Shown here piece by piece: positions 53,068-64,000 of a stretch of 64,000 nt of DNA. Each line of letters starts with the position of its first letter. The stretch's first letter is position 1. Source of the DNA: Balanoglossus misakiensis (taxonomy: Eukaryota; Animalia; Hemichordata); contig CM082584.2 of assembly GCA_040954595.2 (NCBI GenBank), positions 1 through 64,000 on the forward strand. Reading direction: 5' to 3'. The notes beneath the pieces are model-generated. The model had not been told where the DNA came from. It was given only the letters and a program-made list of their open reading frames with translations, and made no database searches. A program made the position numbers and the translations under genes.

Positions 53068-53403
53068 CCACCATGGCCTCCTTCACAAAAACCTCACCAG
53101 ACCCCATAATGCCTCCATCTCTTACACCACACCTTATACCCACCACAAATCCTAGCCATCACCCAACCTATCATAGCCCAAACAATCCAAACCCAATCAA
53201 AATTGACCCTAGCCCCACTTATCAAGCCATCAATGCTCAACGGCAACCCAAATAACACTTAACTTAAAGATTGGCATAAATCCAAACTCATACCACTGCG
53301 ACCCCAAATATACAACACAAAGACTCAATCACGAACCAATACCTACCATTTGTAGCAAATACACGACCAAAGATTTGATCCCATATATCATCCATATATC
53401 ATC
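53068..53403 (-). repeat. Ectopic ~335-bp piece of subtelomeric satellite B fused to the LINE 3' end
   Basis: Reverse complement of ~20349-20683; the peptide [19 protein letters not shown] is shared by ORFs 52455..53255(+) and 20485..20850(-). Confidence 0.92.
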
Positions 53404-53579
53404 AGAAAGTTGGGACGATGAGCAATGGGGCAGAGACTGATCATCAAAAATTTGAGACAGGGAATTCCAACAAATGAGATCATTAAGTTAAATATGCAAA
53501 GCAAATCAGAAAAGAGAATCAGAAGATTTTCTCCGAAGGACACCTTGCAAATTCATGATTGGAAAGACACTGCAGTCAC

Positions 53580-54770
53580 ATGTATATTGTAGTGTCCAAA
53601 CACTAGTGAGCATCTATACTTTATACATTCTGTAAAATGACGTAATGCAACATTCGGGTCATTATGAATAAAGTGCGTGAACGAGGCTAGGCACTCTCAC
53701 TCTTACATGCCGGACTTGGTGTCTCGTGTTGTCATTATTGCCCACCAACGATTCTATATTTGGCGACGAGGACGGAGAACATGGAGAATCAGCTAGCCGT
53801 CAATGCCGAGTTTTCCTGTTCATTCAGACCCGACAACCACCAGTACGAGATGGAAAAAGTACATGGCTAGAGTAGAAAACGCATTTGTCGCATTCAACAT
53901 TACAGATGACAAGCGACAACGTGCACTGCTATTGCACTGGGCAGGTGAGGAAGTTTCCGACTTCTTTGATACTCTACCAGATACAGGAACTAGCTGTGAA
54001 ACAGCCAAATTAAAGCTTTCGTCATACTTCTCACCCAAACGGAACATTGAATACGAACGATTTATCTTCAGAGACACCATACAAAACAACGGCGAATCGA
54101 TTGATGCCTATCACACTTGTTTGCAACGCCTAGCAGAAACATATGTGACTTCACCAATAAGGATCAAGAGGTCAAATCACAAATCATACGAGGATTCACA
54201 TCAGCCCGTCTCAGACGTCGTGCACTTCGGGAGGAGATGACACTAGAGAATCTACTGAGTACAGCCTGTTCATTTGAGGTATCAGAGGTTCAGGCTAGTG
54301 GGATTGAGGAGAAAACCCAAAATTATGGTGCAGATACGGCATCTGTGAATGCGGTCAGAAAACAGCGCCACCAACGCCCGAAACCAAATAAACAAAAGAG
54401 AGCTCATCAGCAGCCAGCGAAAGGACCGTCCACTTGTTATTATTGTGGTGGCACCTATCCACATGACTCAGTATGTCCAGCTAAAGGCAAGTCATGCAGG
54501 AAGTGTGGCAAACCTAACTATTTTGCCAAATGCTACCGATCAAAAGACAAGGCAAATAGGGTAGACAAGGATGAAACTGTCAAAGCTGTGCATAAAGTGG
54601 AAGACAGCTCGGGAGATGAATACTGCTTCACTGAACAACAATCAAATGGCAGGAGGCCTCAAGTAACAGTGCAGATAGAACAAACAGCAGTTGCCTCACT
54701 GATCGACCCTGGTTCTACTATAAACATGATGAGTGTAAACACATACAACAACCTAAAGAACAAACCCATG
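53580..54770 (+). mobile_element. Truncated Gypsy LTR retrotransposon (probable LTR remnant, PBS, gag, start of protease)
   Basis: PBS-like TGGCGACGAG at 53761; gag RWKKY..KRQRALLLHWAGEE; two zinc knuckles CYYCGGTYPHDSVC and CRKCGKPNYFAKC; protease-like LIDPGS; frameshift near 54137. The LTR start is uncertain. Confidence 0.9.
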
Positions 54771-55799
54771 TGGCAAACAGAAAGCCCGTTTTACCACTGT
54801 CAGCAGTGCATTATTGAGTATTTTAGCATCGCTGGATTTAGCTCTCGTCCAATCAGAATTGCGGACGGTAGCATGATATAATATAATTGAGAATAAATCT
54901 CGCGACAAGTGTACAGTTTGACAATGTACACAGATAATCCGTTTCAACAATGTTTCCTTTGTAGTGTGAATAAAACTGCACACTTTGCAAGTTTTCAACT
55001 TCAAAACACTATGGCTATTACAGAGACAAAGCTGCTAATATACAGTGTATACCTGTCATTTTTGTTTGTGGTGAGATTTTCATTGGCACAGTCGCACAGA
55101 GCTCACACAAGAGGAAATTACACTTTCTGTTGAATTCACTGCATCCTGCTAACTTTAAGTCATATATCCAGTGAAACATTAAGTTATAGAATTTTCCATC
55201 GCAGTATTCTGTTTTATATACATGTATAGCAGTCCCACACATATTGATTAATTTGACAAAAGAAACTGACTGACAATTTTCACAGCGCTCCCAGTATAGC
55301 ATCCTTGGCAGGTGCACGTCAATGCCCCACACGAGGTTAGGGTTGGCAAGTGCTGCCATTTTGACATGGGTTGTTAGCACTGATCAATTCCTACGCATGA
55401 CAGAAAAATGAAGAATTAGGCTATGGGCCGGACCTGCCTATCGTTTCAAAATGCACTCTGTATATTAAGGTTTATTTCTTTTACATAAAAACAAGTCTTC
55501 TTGCTCTAATATGATAAAAGAAAAAAAACTTCAACTTAAATATTGCGTCCTCAGAGGTAATATCGAGCCCTAAAAATCAGGTATGCTAATGCGGTTAAAG
55601 GTCGTGCAGTTCTCCTTATAACAAGCGATCTTATTGGTGGTTACGTGACTGCACCAATCACAGAATGCGTTATGTCACTCAGCAATTACACACGCAGGGC
55701 AAACTATCAGGCAGCTACATGTATACTAGTATACATGTTACAGAAGATTAAACAGAATTGTTGGTAAGGAAAGTTTGAGCAGACTAGTCCATTCAATGT

Positions 55800-57318
55800 A
55801 AAAAATGGTGCTGATTCCAAAAAAGTCAGTCTTATTGACCCCTTTCAAGACAAAATTGCCATTTTTGCCACTTTTAACCCAAAAGGTCATTTAAAAAACA
55901 CTCAAAACACACTGTTTTCATCACATTCGGAGATCTGATGACATTTGAGGATTATGCGGAAACAGTGACACACCAGAATAAAAATTACAGGTGACATTTG
56001 CAAGCAGATATGATCTGACCATATAGAAATATGGAATGTAAAAACATTAACAAGGAACATGCCCAATAAACTGTCATGTGTCATGGCAGTCTTACAAGTG
56101 GTGCTAGAAAAAAAATGACCAAAAATTGTCTGTACAAACACATATGCGAAGCAACTTCTTTCAGTCAGCCCTGGAACAGACACACACTGACCTGCCACTG
56201 GTAATTAAAATTTGATAGCTGGTGGTCTCTGTAACAGCTGGCCTATTTAAGTTATGTAAACATGTCTTTGTTCGAGGTAACAACTCCTTGTAAATAGTAA
56301 CTTTAAAAACAACTGGACAATTTGTTTAGGAGAAGATTTGCTAACCAAAAACTAAGAAACTTACCAAAAAAACTCGCTAAATATTTAATCTTTCTGATCT
56401 CAGAACTGAATAAAAGTTGCACATATACAGGTATGTGTTATGAAATTATATCCTAAATTTCAAAGCAATCAGAGAAAAAACTAATTTCAAAGCAATCCAA
56501 CAAGCAGTTTCACAGAAAATATTTGTTCAAAAGTGGCAAAAACACAAATATGCAAATATCACCAAAATTGTACAATATCTTACTTCAATCACTACAAGGA
56601 ACATGCTGCCTAAGTTCAATGCAATAGGACAAGCGGTTTCAGAGAAAACAATTTTTGACAAAAATTGCAAAAGTTTCCCCGATAACACATTTATGCAAAT
56701 ATCTTTTTTTTTTACAACATATTATTTAGGTTACCCCTACGAACATGCCTACCAAATTGGAAAGCAATCTGGCATGAGGTTTTAAAGAAAAACATTTTTT
56801 GACCAAAAATGGCAAATATTGCTCAAAATTATAGATATGCAAATTTTGCAACAATTTGAACAAAACTATGGTTACTTAGACAACATTAGGAGGCTTCATA
56901 CTAAATTTCAAAGACATTTTACCAATAACATGGAAAAATACAAAAAAATGCAAAAAAAATAGGAAATCGATAATATTAGCTCAAAACATACAGGATTGTA
57001 TGAGGTTGATATAAGGTACATGCATACCAATTTTCAAATCAATATGACCAGTGGTTGTCCAGTTTTTGAGTTTTGACCAATTTCACATTTTCCCAGCTAA
57101 TTTGCATATTTTTGGCAATGACATCTTCATTTGAACAAACTCCCATCTACAGCCCTGCCTGCATCTACACGCCAAATATCGAGGTCATACGCGCTGCGGT
57201 TTTCAAGTTTTCGATGTGGACGGACATACAGACATACATCCATCCATCCATCCATCCATACATACAGACGTAACCAATCCCATAAGGTCCCATGGTACAT
57301 ACCAATGGGACCTAAAAA
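55800..57318 (+). mobile_element. HINE/Helentron-like non-autonomous repeat
   Basis: Degenerate internal repeats (aaatttcaaagcaatc), an ACAT/CATC microsatellite at 57221-57268, a 3' hairpin aggtcccat...atgggacct and then an A-run. The left boundary is uncertain. Confidence 0.55.
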
Positions 57319-57330
57319 CTTTTGACTTAC

Positions 57331-58507
57331 ATGTAACACATGTTTGCCCAGTGTAGCAGGTTGGACAGTTGCAGGTGTAGATTGAGCAGGAGCCTTGAAG
57401 TGGCTGATACACTCCGTTATTCAGACATGGGTTTAGAAGACACTGGTTGATCGCTAAGGGTGAGAGAAATGAAAAGTATCACAACATTAGGGTCTTACAC
57501 ACTTGAGTGGGAAGTGAAATCTGTAGCAGACTGTCAGAAGATTGCACATCCGTGTGATCATGTTCATGTGTGAAGGATAATGAAGACCACTTGATCCAAG
57601 CTTGGTGCTACCATCTTTATCATAATTACAGCATCTTATAATATTTACTAGTTGGGGGTGGGGTGGGGTGGGGGTGGGGGTAGTTGATGTCATAACTTTC
57701 TGATGTTTCAATTTACGGTTGGAAAAAATAGCAACATCTACTCTGATGAGCATTTGAGTCAATGAAAGTATACATCATGGCTACGGTAGTGCATATAAGT
57801 CTCTTGGTTAGCTGCACAATCACAGGCAACTTTATTGAGACAATATCAATGACAAAACCCAGCGATTTCTACTTTGTGCGGCAAATCTGACACTGGTTTG
57901 CTTACGTTCAGCGCACGTGGTTCCGATGAAACAGCGCGAACTCTGGCATCTGAACTCGGTGCAGGACACTTGCTGGCAGAATCCACTGTTTAGACAAGGG
58001 TTGGGCTGACACGGATTCAAATCTGTGCACAGAAGAGAAAGTGATATAAATTGTGTACAGTTAATATTTACTACATATACTTTAAACAGATTTGTGCAGT
58101 CAGGGTTGAGTGGTAAAAATCTCAGTTGGTCAACAGAACATCACTGTGACAAATTTCTTCCATGTTCAACAAAAGAAACGTAATGAAATTTTGACACACG
58201 TGTAATAGTGTCTTAGTGTACCATACGGTGCAGGTTGTTGTTTGGTCAAATACACAATCCCCTTTTATGGCACACACATTCTTAATAAATTTCCCCAAAA
58301 TTGTGTCGTTATTCACTGTATGATACAGGTTGGAAGAAACCAACTGCAAGCCGATTATGTGTTATGTTATTATGTTCCTCTTTGTCTGAAATTTAAAATC
58401 ACTCACATGTCTGACATAAATCGCCGGAGTAACAGCTTGTACAGGAGCATGTGAATTCAGTACACCAATTGGGCGTCAGCACACAGTTTCCACCATTCTG
58501 ACAGCTG
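57331..58507 (-). pseudogene. Additional 8-Cys EGF exons: 58421-58507 (truncated), 57906-58022, 57331-57453
   Basis: SCQNGGNCVLTPNWCTEFTCSCTSCYSGD; DLNPCQPNPCLNSGFCQQVSCTEFRCQSSRCFIGTTCAE; INQCLLNPCLNNGVYQPLQGSCSIYTCNCPTCYTGQTCVT (Cys losses). Confidence 0.82.
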
Positions 58508-58741
58508 TGGTTCTATCGGGTTCTCCTATAACTAAGCCTCCTTACTGAATAACTGAACAATAAGAATTACTTATTATACTTTTGGGAGTTTAGGACTTAG
58601 TAATTGCAAAAAAGACTCAATTCCTGAAAGTGCCTATTTGGTTTGTCACATCCTAAATATACAGGTAATTTCATAGCTGCCAGCTATGACAAATATACCG
58701 GTATGAGGGGGGAAAAACAGCTCCTCGTCTGATAAATTTAC

Positions 58742-61380
58742 CTTGGTCACAGGTGATTCCAATGATACAGCCTTGACAGCGACAGGTAAACGCACTGCAC
58801 GATCCACTGATTGGCTCACAGATACCGTTGTTCATGCACGGATTGGGAGAACATTGATCGAGTCCTGGGGGTTGCATGTAAATCAACCAACAATTGCATA
58901 TTAACATCACAAGTCATTTCACTATTTTTTCATTCCAAACTTAAAAGATTGCTTGTAACTTGCTGAACAAATATTCATATGGACAGACTATTCTAACTTG
59001 GAACAGGCAAAATCAAGGGTGCCCTGACGCCCAACTTTTAAGAGCAGTTCATTTACTGAAACTGCCAGCACCCAATATTATCCCACATGTAATCAATATG
59101 TGGAAATCAAATACATCTGTAACAGTTTTAATTTACCATGTGGGTATTTGCATGGAGGGCCATGGTATTTGTTACCTACTGATAAAATACCCTTCAAAAC
59201 AATATCCTCATTTCTTCAGAAGTTTGGCAACAAGACCAATAAAGTTTCACATCAAAATTTACAATGTATAAATAAGCTTAAAAGATCTACGGAATGAAGA
59301 TGGCTTGTTTGTTTGCAGGGTGTCTTGAAAGTATATACTCACTTGTTTGACCATGGACCCTAGAGAAAGAAGGACGCGCAACTCCAGTTTTTTCTTGAAA
59401 TGATGTTCTTTTGCATACATTATTTCCAGATAAATCCCAATAATCCAATTTGCAAATAAACTGTGTATAAACTAACGCAAAGTCTCGTGTTTTGTGTGAA
59501 GTTATCACAACACCTCAGAACATCTCACAGAAGACGAGAAAACTGCAACGTGGTTGAACGCAGCGATTATTTATGGAACACATCTGGACAAGTTAAACAG
59601 GAATTTGAATCTGAGTCTGACAGCGTCCAAAACAAGCATCTTTTGTCTAACAGTCCGGGTATTTCACAAGGCTGTGAGCTAACCGTACCGAGGGTTGCCT
59701 GGCGGCCATAGCGCACACATGATAATCCACCCAGTTTGTTTACAAATTGTTTTCGTGAAATCTGTTTTATTGTTCACGCACTGCGAAATAAAATGCCCCT
59801 AAACCACAATTTTTATTTCAATGCTTCACGCAAACATAAAATTATTACGAAAAGTGTCAGCGTTACTAAGAAATATGAGTGCCCAGTCGGACATGCAAAA
59901 AACATGGATGATTTGTTTACAATTTTTAAATGAAGCTTGTGGCACTAGAAATGACCGTTCAACCGACAGACGAACACCAAACCATAATAATTAGCACAGA
60001 CATCGTAATACTTTTAGAATTTTAGAAAAAAACGCAGTGGCTGCTGAAATGCAGTAGTGCCAGTTTGGTGGCAAGTTTTCGCATCACTGGTGGGGTCGAC
60101 ACGTGCCGAAGTAAGGAAGTCATTGTCCGACTGTCCTGGGTGTTAATTATATACAAAAAAACATCATCATACAGATAATCCCCAAACCCTTTGATCTTTG
60201 CCGCAGTTGCTCGCCCTTCTTTCTCTAGGGTCTATGGTTTGACAGATGTCACCTGTGTAAGAGTTCACACACTGGCATGAATAGAAATTGCACGATGTTT
60301 GCTGGCAAAATCCACCAGTCATACATGGGTTGGGATCACAGGGGTTTTGCACTGGAAATTAAGAAAGGACGCCATTTTATTCCTTGCTACTCATTCTACA
60401 GTACAGATATGGCAAAAACCTTGCAGAATTATGGCAAGGGTGTGTGGAGTGATTGTGCCTACAACTTATATTAGGCTGGTATCAAGTTGTTCACACCTCC
60501 ATAGATCACATGGCAGTGACTGTGAGGCAAGGGCTTCCCTTCATGAAATCAAAGACCTGTGTACTGGAGGAGGGTTCCTTGCAAATGCTTGACTTGACTT
60601 CAAGCACACCTGTAGACTCATATGTAAATTTACACTATCTGGCCTGGAGTGAGAATTTCCATAGTGGATGTGTGTTGACAAAAGGCAGTAAAATTGGCCA
60701 GTCGCGCATAATGTTTCTTGAACCAAGACAATCAAGACATTATGCGCCACGAAAGTGATTTTGATTGGAAAGAGTGTAATCTTGCATTCGATGTCAAGAA
60801 CTCTCCAAGCTCTGCTGTGGTGATGGCTACACCTATGCTCAGGAAACATGCAGTATTTGAATGAGACTGCGCTGTATACTTACATATCTCACACCTATCA
60901 CCTTTGTAGCAACCAGTACATATGCAGGTGAGATCAAAGCAGGAATTTCGAGCCGGTTGACAGAAGCCACCATTCTGGCACGGATTTGGTTGACACTGGT
61001 TGAGTCCTGCAAGGAAAAGGGTCAAATTTTCCATGATCATCAGGGGTGAGTTTCCTTCAAAAATTGTGATGTGACAAACCGACAAATTAGCATATTAGCA
61101 TAATCAGAATAAATAAAAAAAATGCACAGGTAGTTTAAAAGAACAAAAACTTTCGAAACGGAATAGAGCTAAGCTGCTATCCCTTTCTATTTTTGTGTTT
61201 GTACAACATCAGTGAAGTTTAAATCATAATAAAAAAATGATAATTATCATTATTAACTGCTACAGATTCAAACTTACTTGTCTCACAACTGGTTCCCTAG
61301 TAACACTCTGTGCACATGCAAATTGTGGCAGTACAAGAATTTACCTGTTGTTGGCAGGTACCTCCATTGAGACAAGGACT
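58742..61380 (-). pseudogene. 8-Cys EGF-repeat gene fragment, copy 2 (exons 61278-61380, 60884-61006, 60237-60351, 58742-58864)
   Basis: Paralogues of the copy 1 exons, sharing the TAG stop and the P-like insertion. Confidence 0.85.
59352..60236. mobile_element. P-like element, duplicated copy
   Basis: Same TIRs and GTTTGAC TSD as 43495-44379. Confidence 0.8.
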
Positions 61381-62203
61381 TCATAAGTTGTCTGAAAACA
61401 CCAGTTTGCCCAATTTTCACTAATGTATAGGAATACATGAGAAGTCGGCCAGATTAGAAGTCGGCCAGTTCGCGCGCATGAGAAGTCGGCCAGTATGAGA
61501 AGTCGGCCAGTTGTTGAACTTGTACCCGAAAAGTGCAGTAATGACCCAGATTACTTATAACAACACTTAATAAAATATAATTGCACTAAATATTTTCATT
61601 TGGACGGATTTCCCAAATTCTTGACAACACAATGGCGTCATTTCAAATAATGGCGTCTGGCATCCGTACCAGTTCCCCAGCCCCGTATCCGCATAAGGAG
61701 CTTAGGTTGTTCGCCAAATTCCTGTGACATTTCTGATTAAAGGGAGTTGTTTCAAAGCCTACTAAAATACATAGAAGATGTATGTGTATATTCATACTTT
61801 CTGAGACAACACCAAACAAACAAACAAACGTGACAAGGAACAGACTACTGGCGCAGCTCAAGAAGTGCAGGTGACTGATGTTGACGTACCCCGGTGACGT
61901 ACATGAAAAGTGAACAGACAGTTTTAAAATTCATCGGCTATTTGTACAAATATCTCAGCTCCTGTACATCAAGGAAACATTTCGTAGTGAAACAGTTATA
62001 TATAACACAAAGTACCAGGGTTCTCTCCCACAGGCCGACTTCTCGTACTGGCCGAGACCGACTTCTCATACTGGTTGACTTCTCAGGACACCATGTATAG
62101 CTAGCTGTTGAACTCAAAAAATATGTAAAACTACAAGTGATGTAAACAACTTGTGGAACCATGTTCAAATCGAGACAAGAAGAAAAGGGATTTCAAGACT
62201 TAC

Positions 62204-63569
62204 CTCCTTCAGCACTTTACTGCCCTGTAGCGCACTGTGTGACACTTGTAGTTGTGCATTCATAACCAGAAGGACGTGGCCGAACCTAACGAGTATGAAC
62301 CTATCACAGAAAAAATTCAAAGAACGATTTTTTCCACCATGGTTTGGTCCAACGATCCCTTATTAGAGAGATGTCCGTAATCACAGGTTTTACTGTACAA
62401 TACCTCTTCAGTGGAATCATTGTGTTTTTCAAAGTGCATCACAATATCAACTCCAATAAGCATAACAGTTTAATTTTCTGTGTATGCCATGCTATAACAC
62501 AGGGAAGTCACAAGAGTGATTTGCAGCCCAACTTACCAGTAACTGTTGAACAATCCACTACGGGTGACATGGTTGGACACTTGGATACCACTGGACAAGG
62601 CGTGCATGTGCCGTCGCCTTCCATAGCATATTCACCATTGCCACAGTCGAGCGGATCTTACATTGGATCTGAACACGATTGTCCAGAAGGGCACAGAAGA
62701 CAGGATGTGCGTGCAGGCTCCTCACTTATTTCATCTGATTAAAGAAAATGAGGTTTTTAGTGATGTATTTGTGATACAGTGTCATTTAAAATAACAAATT
62801 ACTTGAGATGATTCACTTCATAATTCTGAGACAAGTATACAGGCATGTAGAAAATTCTTTGGAGGACATTAAACGTCATTTCTAATCAACCATTTTCTGA
62901 ATATCATAAGACTCTGCGAGATCTCACATGGCTAACCGGGTCTCGCAAGATCTCGCACTGAGTTGATAATCTGTTGTAAACACATACATGCATACACACA
63001 TACCCCTCAGTTTCATCACACAGCAAACTGAACAAGTACCACAATCTTACCATTTGTACATCTGGTACAGTTTGTTGCACCAGCCAATGACACGTAACCC
63101 TTGGTACACTTGAATTGCGATGCACTGGGATCTATGCAGGCGTACCCTTGCTCACAAATAGTACAATGTTCAGCACCAGCTGATCTGTAAATCAAACAGA
63201 GAATTTACACACCAAGTTAACCTTTGAATACCACTGTAAAAATTTGGTGCAAATTTTAATTATTTTCATAAATAGAGGTCTATTCAAATTTGGAAAAATT
63301 GTCATTTTTTCATTCATATATTATATCAGTAAATTTTAAATACAGAAATAGAAAATGATCCCATCCTATTTTTCAGTTAGTAAATTACCTGACCTAATGT
63401 TTGATGTTGGAAATAAAGGTGGGTGGGTAGAAGTTTACCTGTTATGCAAGAGGTACAGCGAGACATCCTTTGTCCAAGGCCGAACTGTAATAACCAGCCG
63501 AGCATAAAATCACAGTGTTACCATTTGGACATTGGTTACCAGCTGGGCAATCAGCACATGATGTTTGTG
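62204..63569 (-). pseudogene. CPAGxxC Cys-rich gene fragment, copy 2
   Basis: Paralogue of 47447-48879 with the same stops. Confidence 0.78.
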
Positions 63570-64000
63570 CTGAAAATAAACAGAGATTTATAGAATCTTA
63601 TAGTCACAGTCATACCTTCAAAGACGTGGGATTCTCACGCGGGTTGGGGAGACAAAAATCCCTGGCAAAAGATTGAGGACAGGAAAATGCCAATCCAGAG
63701 ATATTGGTAACAGAAACTGTGTACAGTCAATGCCATACGGCAGTGTGCTGTTCTAACAACAGACAAGATCGTGACGATCATAGTCTGTGTCGGAGATTTG
63801 GAAAAGAGCAAATTTGGTGAAAAGACGGGACAAAACAAAAGTCTACTTATACGATGCACATGAAAACTGGATGAAAGCGAAGCAGTCCACTATTTGAATG
63901 CATTGGATGTAAAATTGGCAGAATATTTGGACTGGACGTAATGTTTGTACGCACAGAATTACGTACATGCACATAAGATGATCGTCCGCCTTAAAGGCAC

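Larger units (their letters stand above)
58507..64000 (+). repeat. Segmental duplication copy 2
   Basis: Matches 42648-49310 except for the missing pogo element and small indels. Confidence 0.95.

Noticed and set aside
42000-61380. Naming the EGF gene as Notch, fibropellin or SVEP1
   Set aside because: Only atypical EGF modules are visible, with no diagnostic domains, and the fragments are disabled.

Overview
This window is the left end of a eukaryotic chromosome, most likely from a marine invertebrate (an inference from the TTAGGG telomere and the repeat families present). Bases 1-3486 are a (CCCTAA)n telomere. Bases 3487-38528 are a subtelomere of three satellite families arranged as one large diverged, asymmetric inverted repeat, A-B'-C' | C-B-(spacer)-A', with the strand switch near 9989. 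A is a 7-bp-period RGGTCA/AGTTCA/GGGTTAG satellite, B is a GT-skewed ~1.14-kb unit and C is an AT-rich ~1.4-kb unit. Bases 38529-64000 are a rearranged region of pseudogenes and transposons. It holds minus-strand exons for an unusual 8-cysteine EGF-like repeat, exons for a CPAGxxC (GCC2/GCC3-like) Cys-rich protein, and a segmental duplication (42648-49310 and 58507-64000+). Its mobile elements are four TTAA-flanked Kolobok-like MITEs, a P-like element, a pogo/Tigger element with an empty site in the paralogue, an L2/CR1 LINE fused to a piece of satellite B, a truncated Gypsy element and a HINE-like repeat. No intact protein-coding gene is evident, and almost all ORFs in the supplied track are spurious. 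All comparisons were made by eye.
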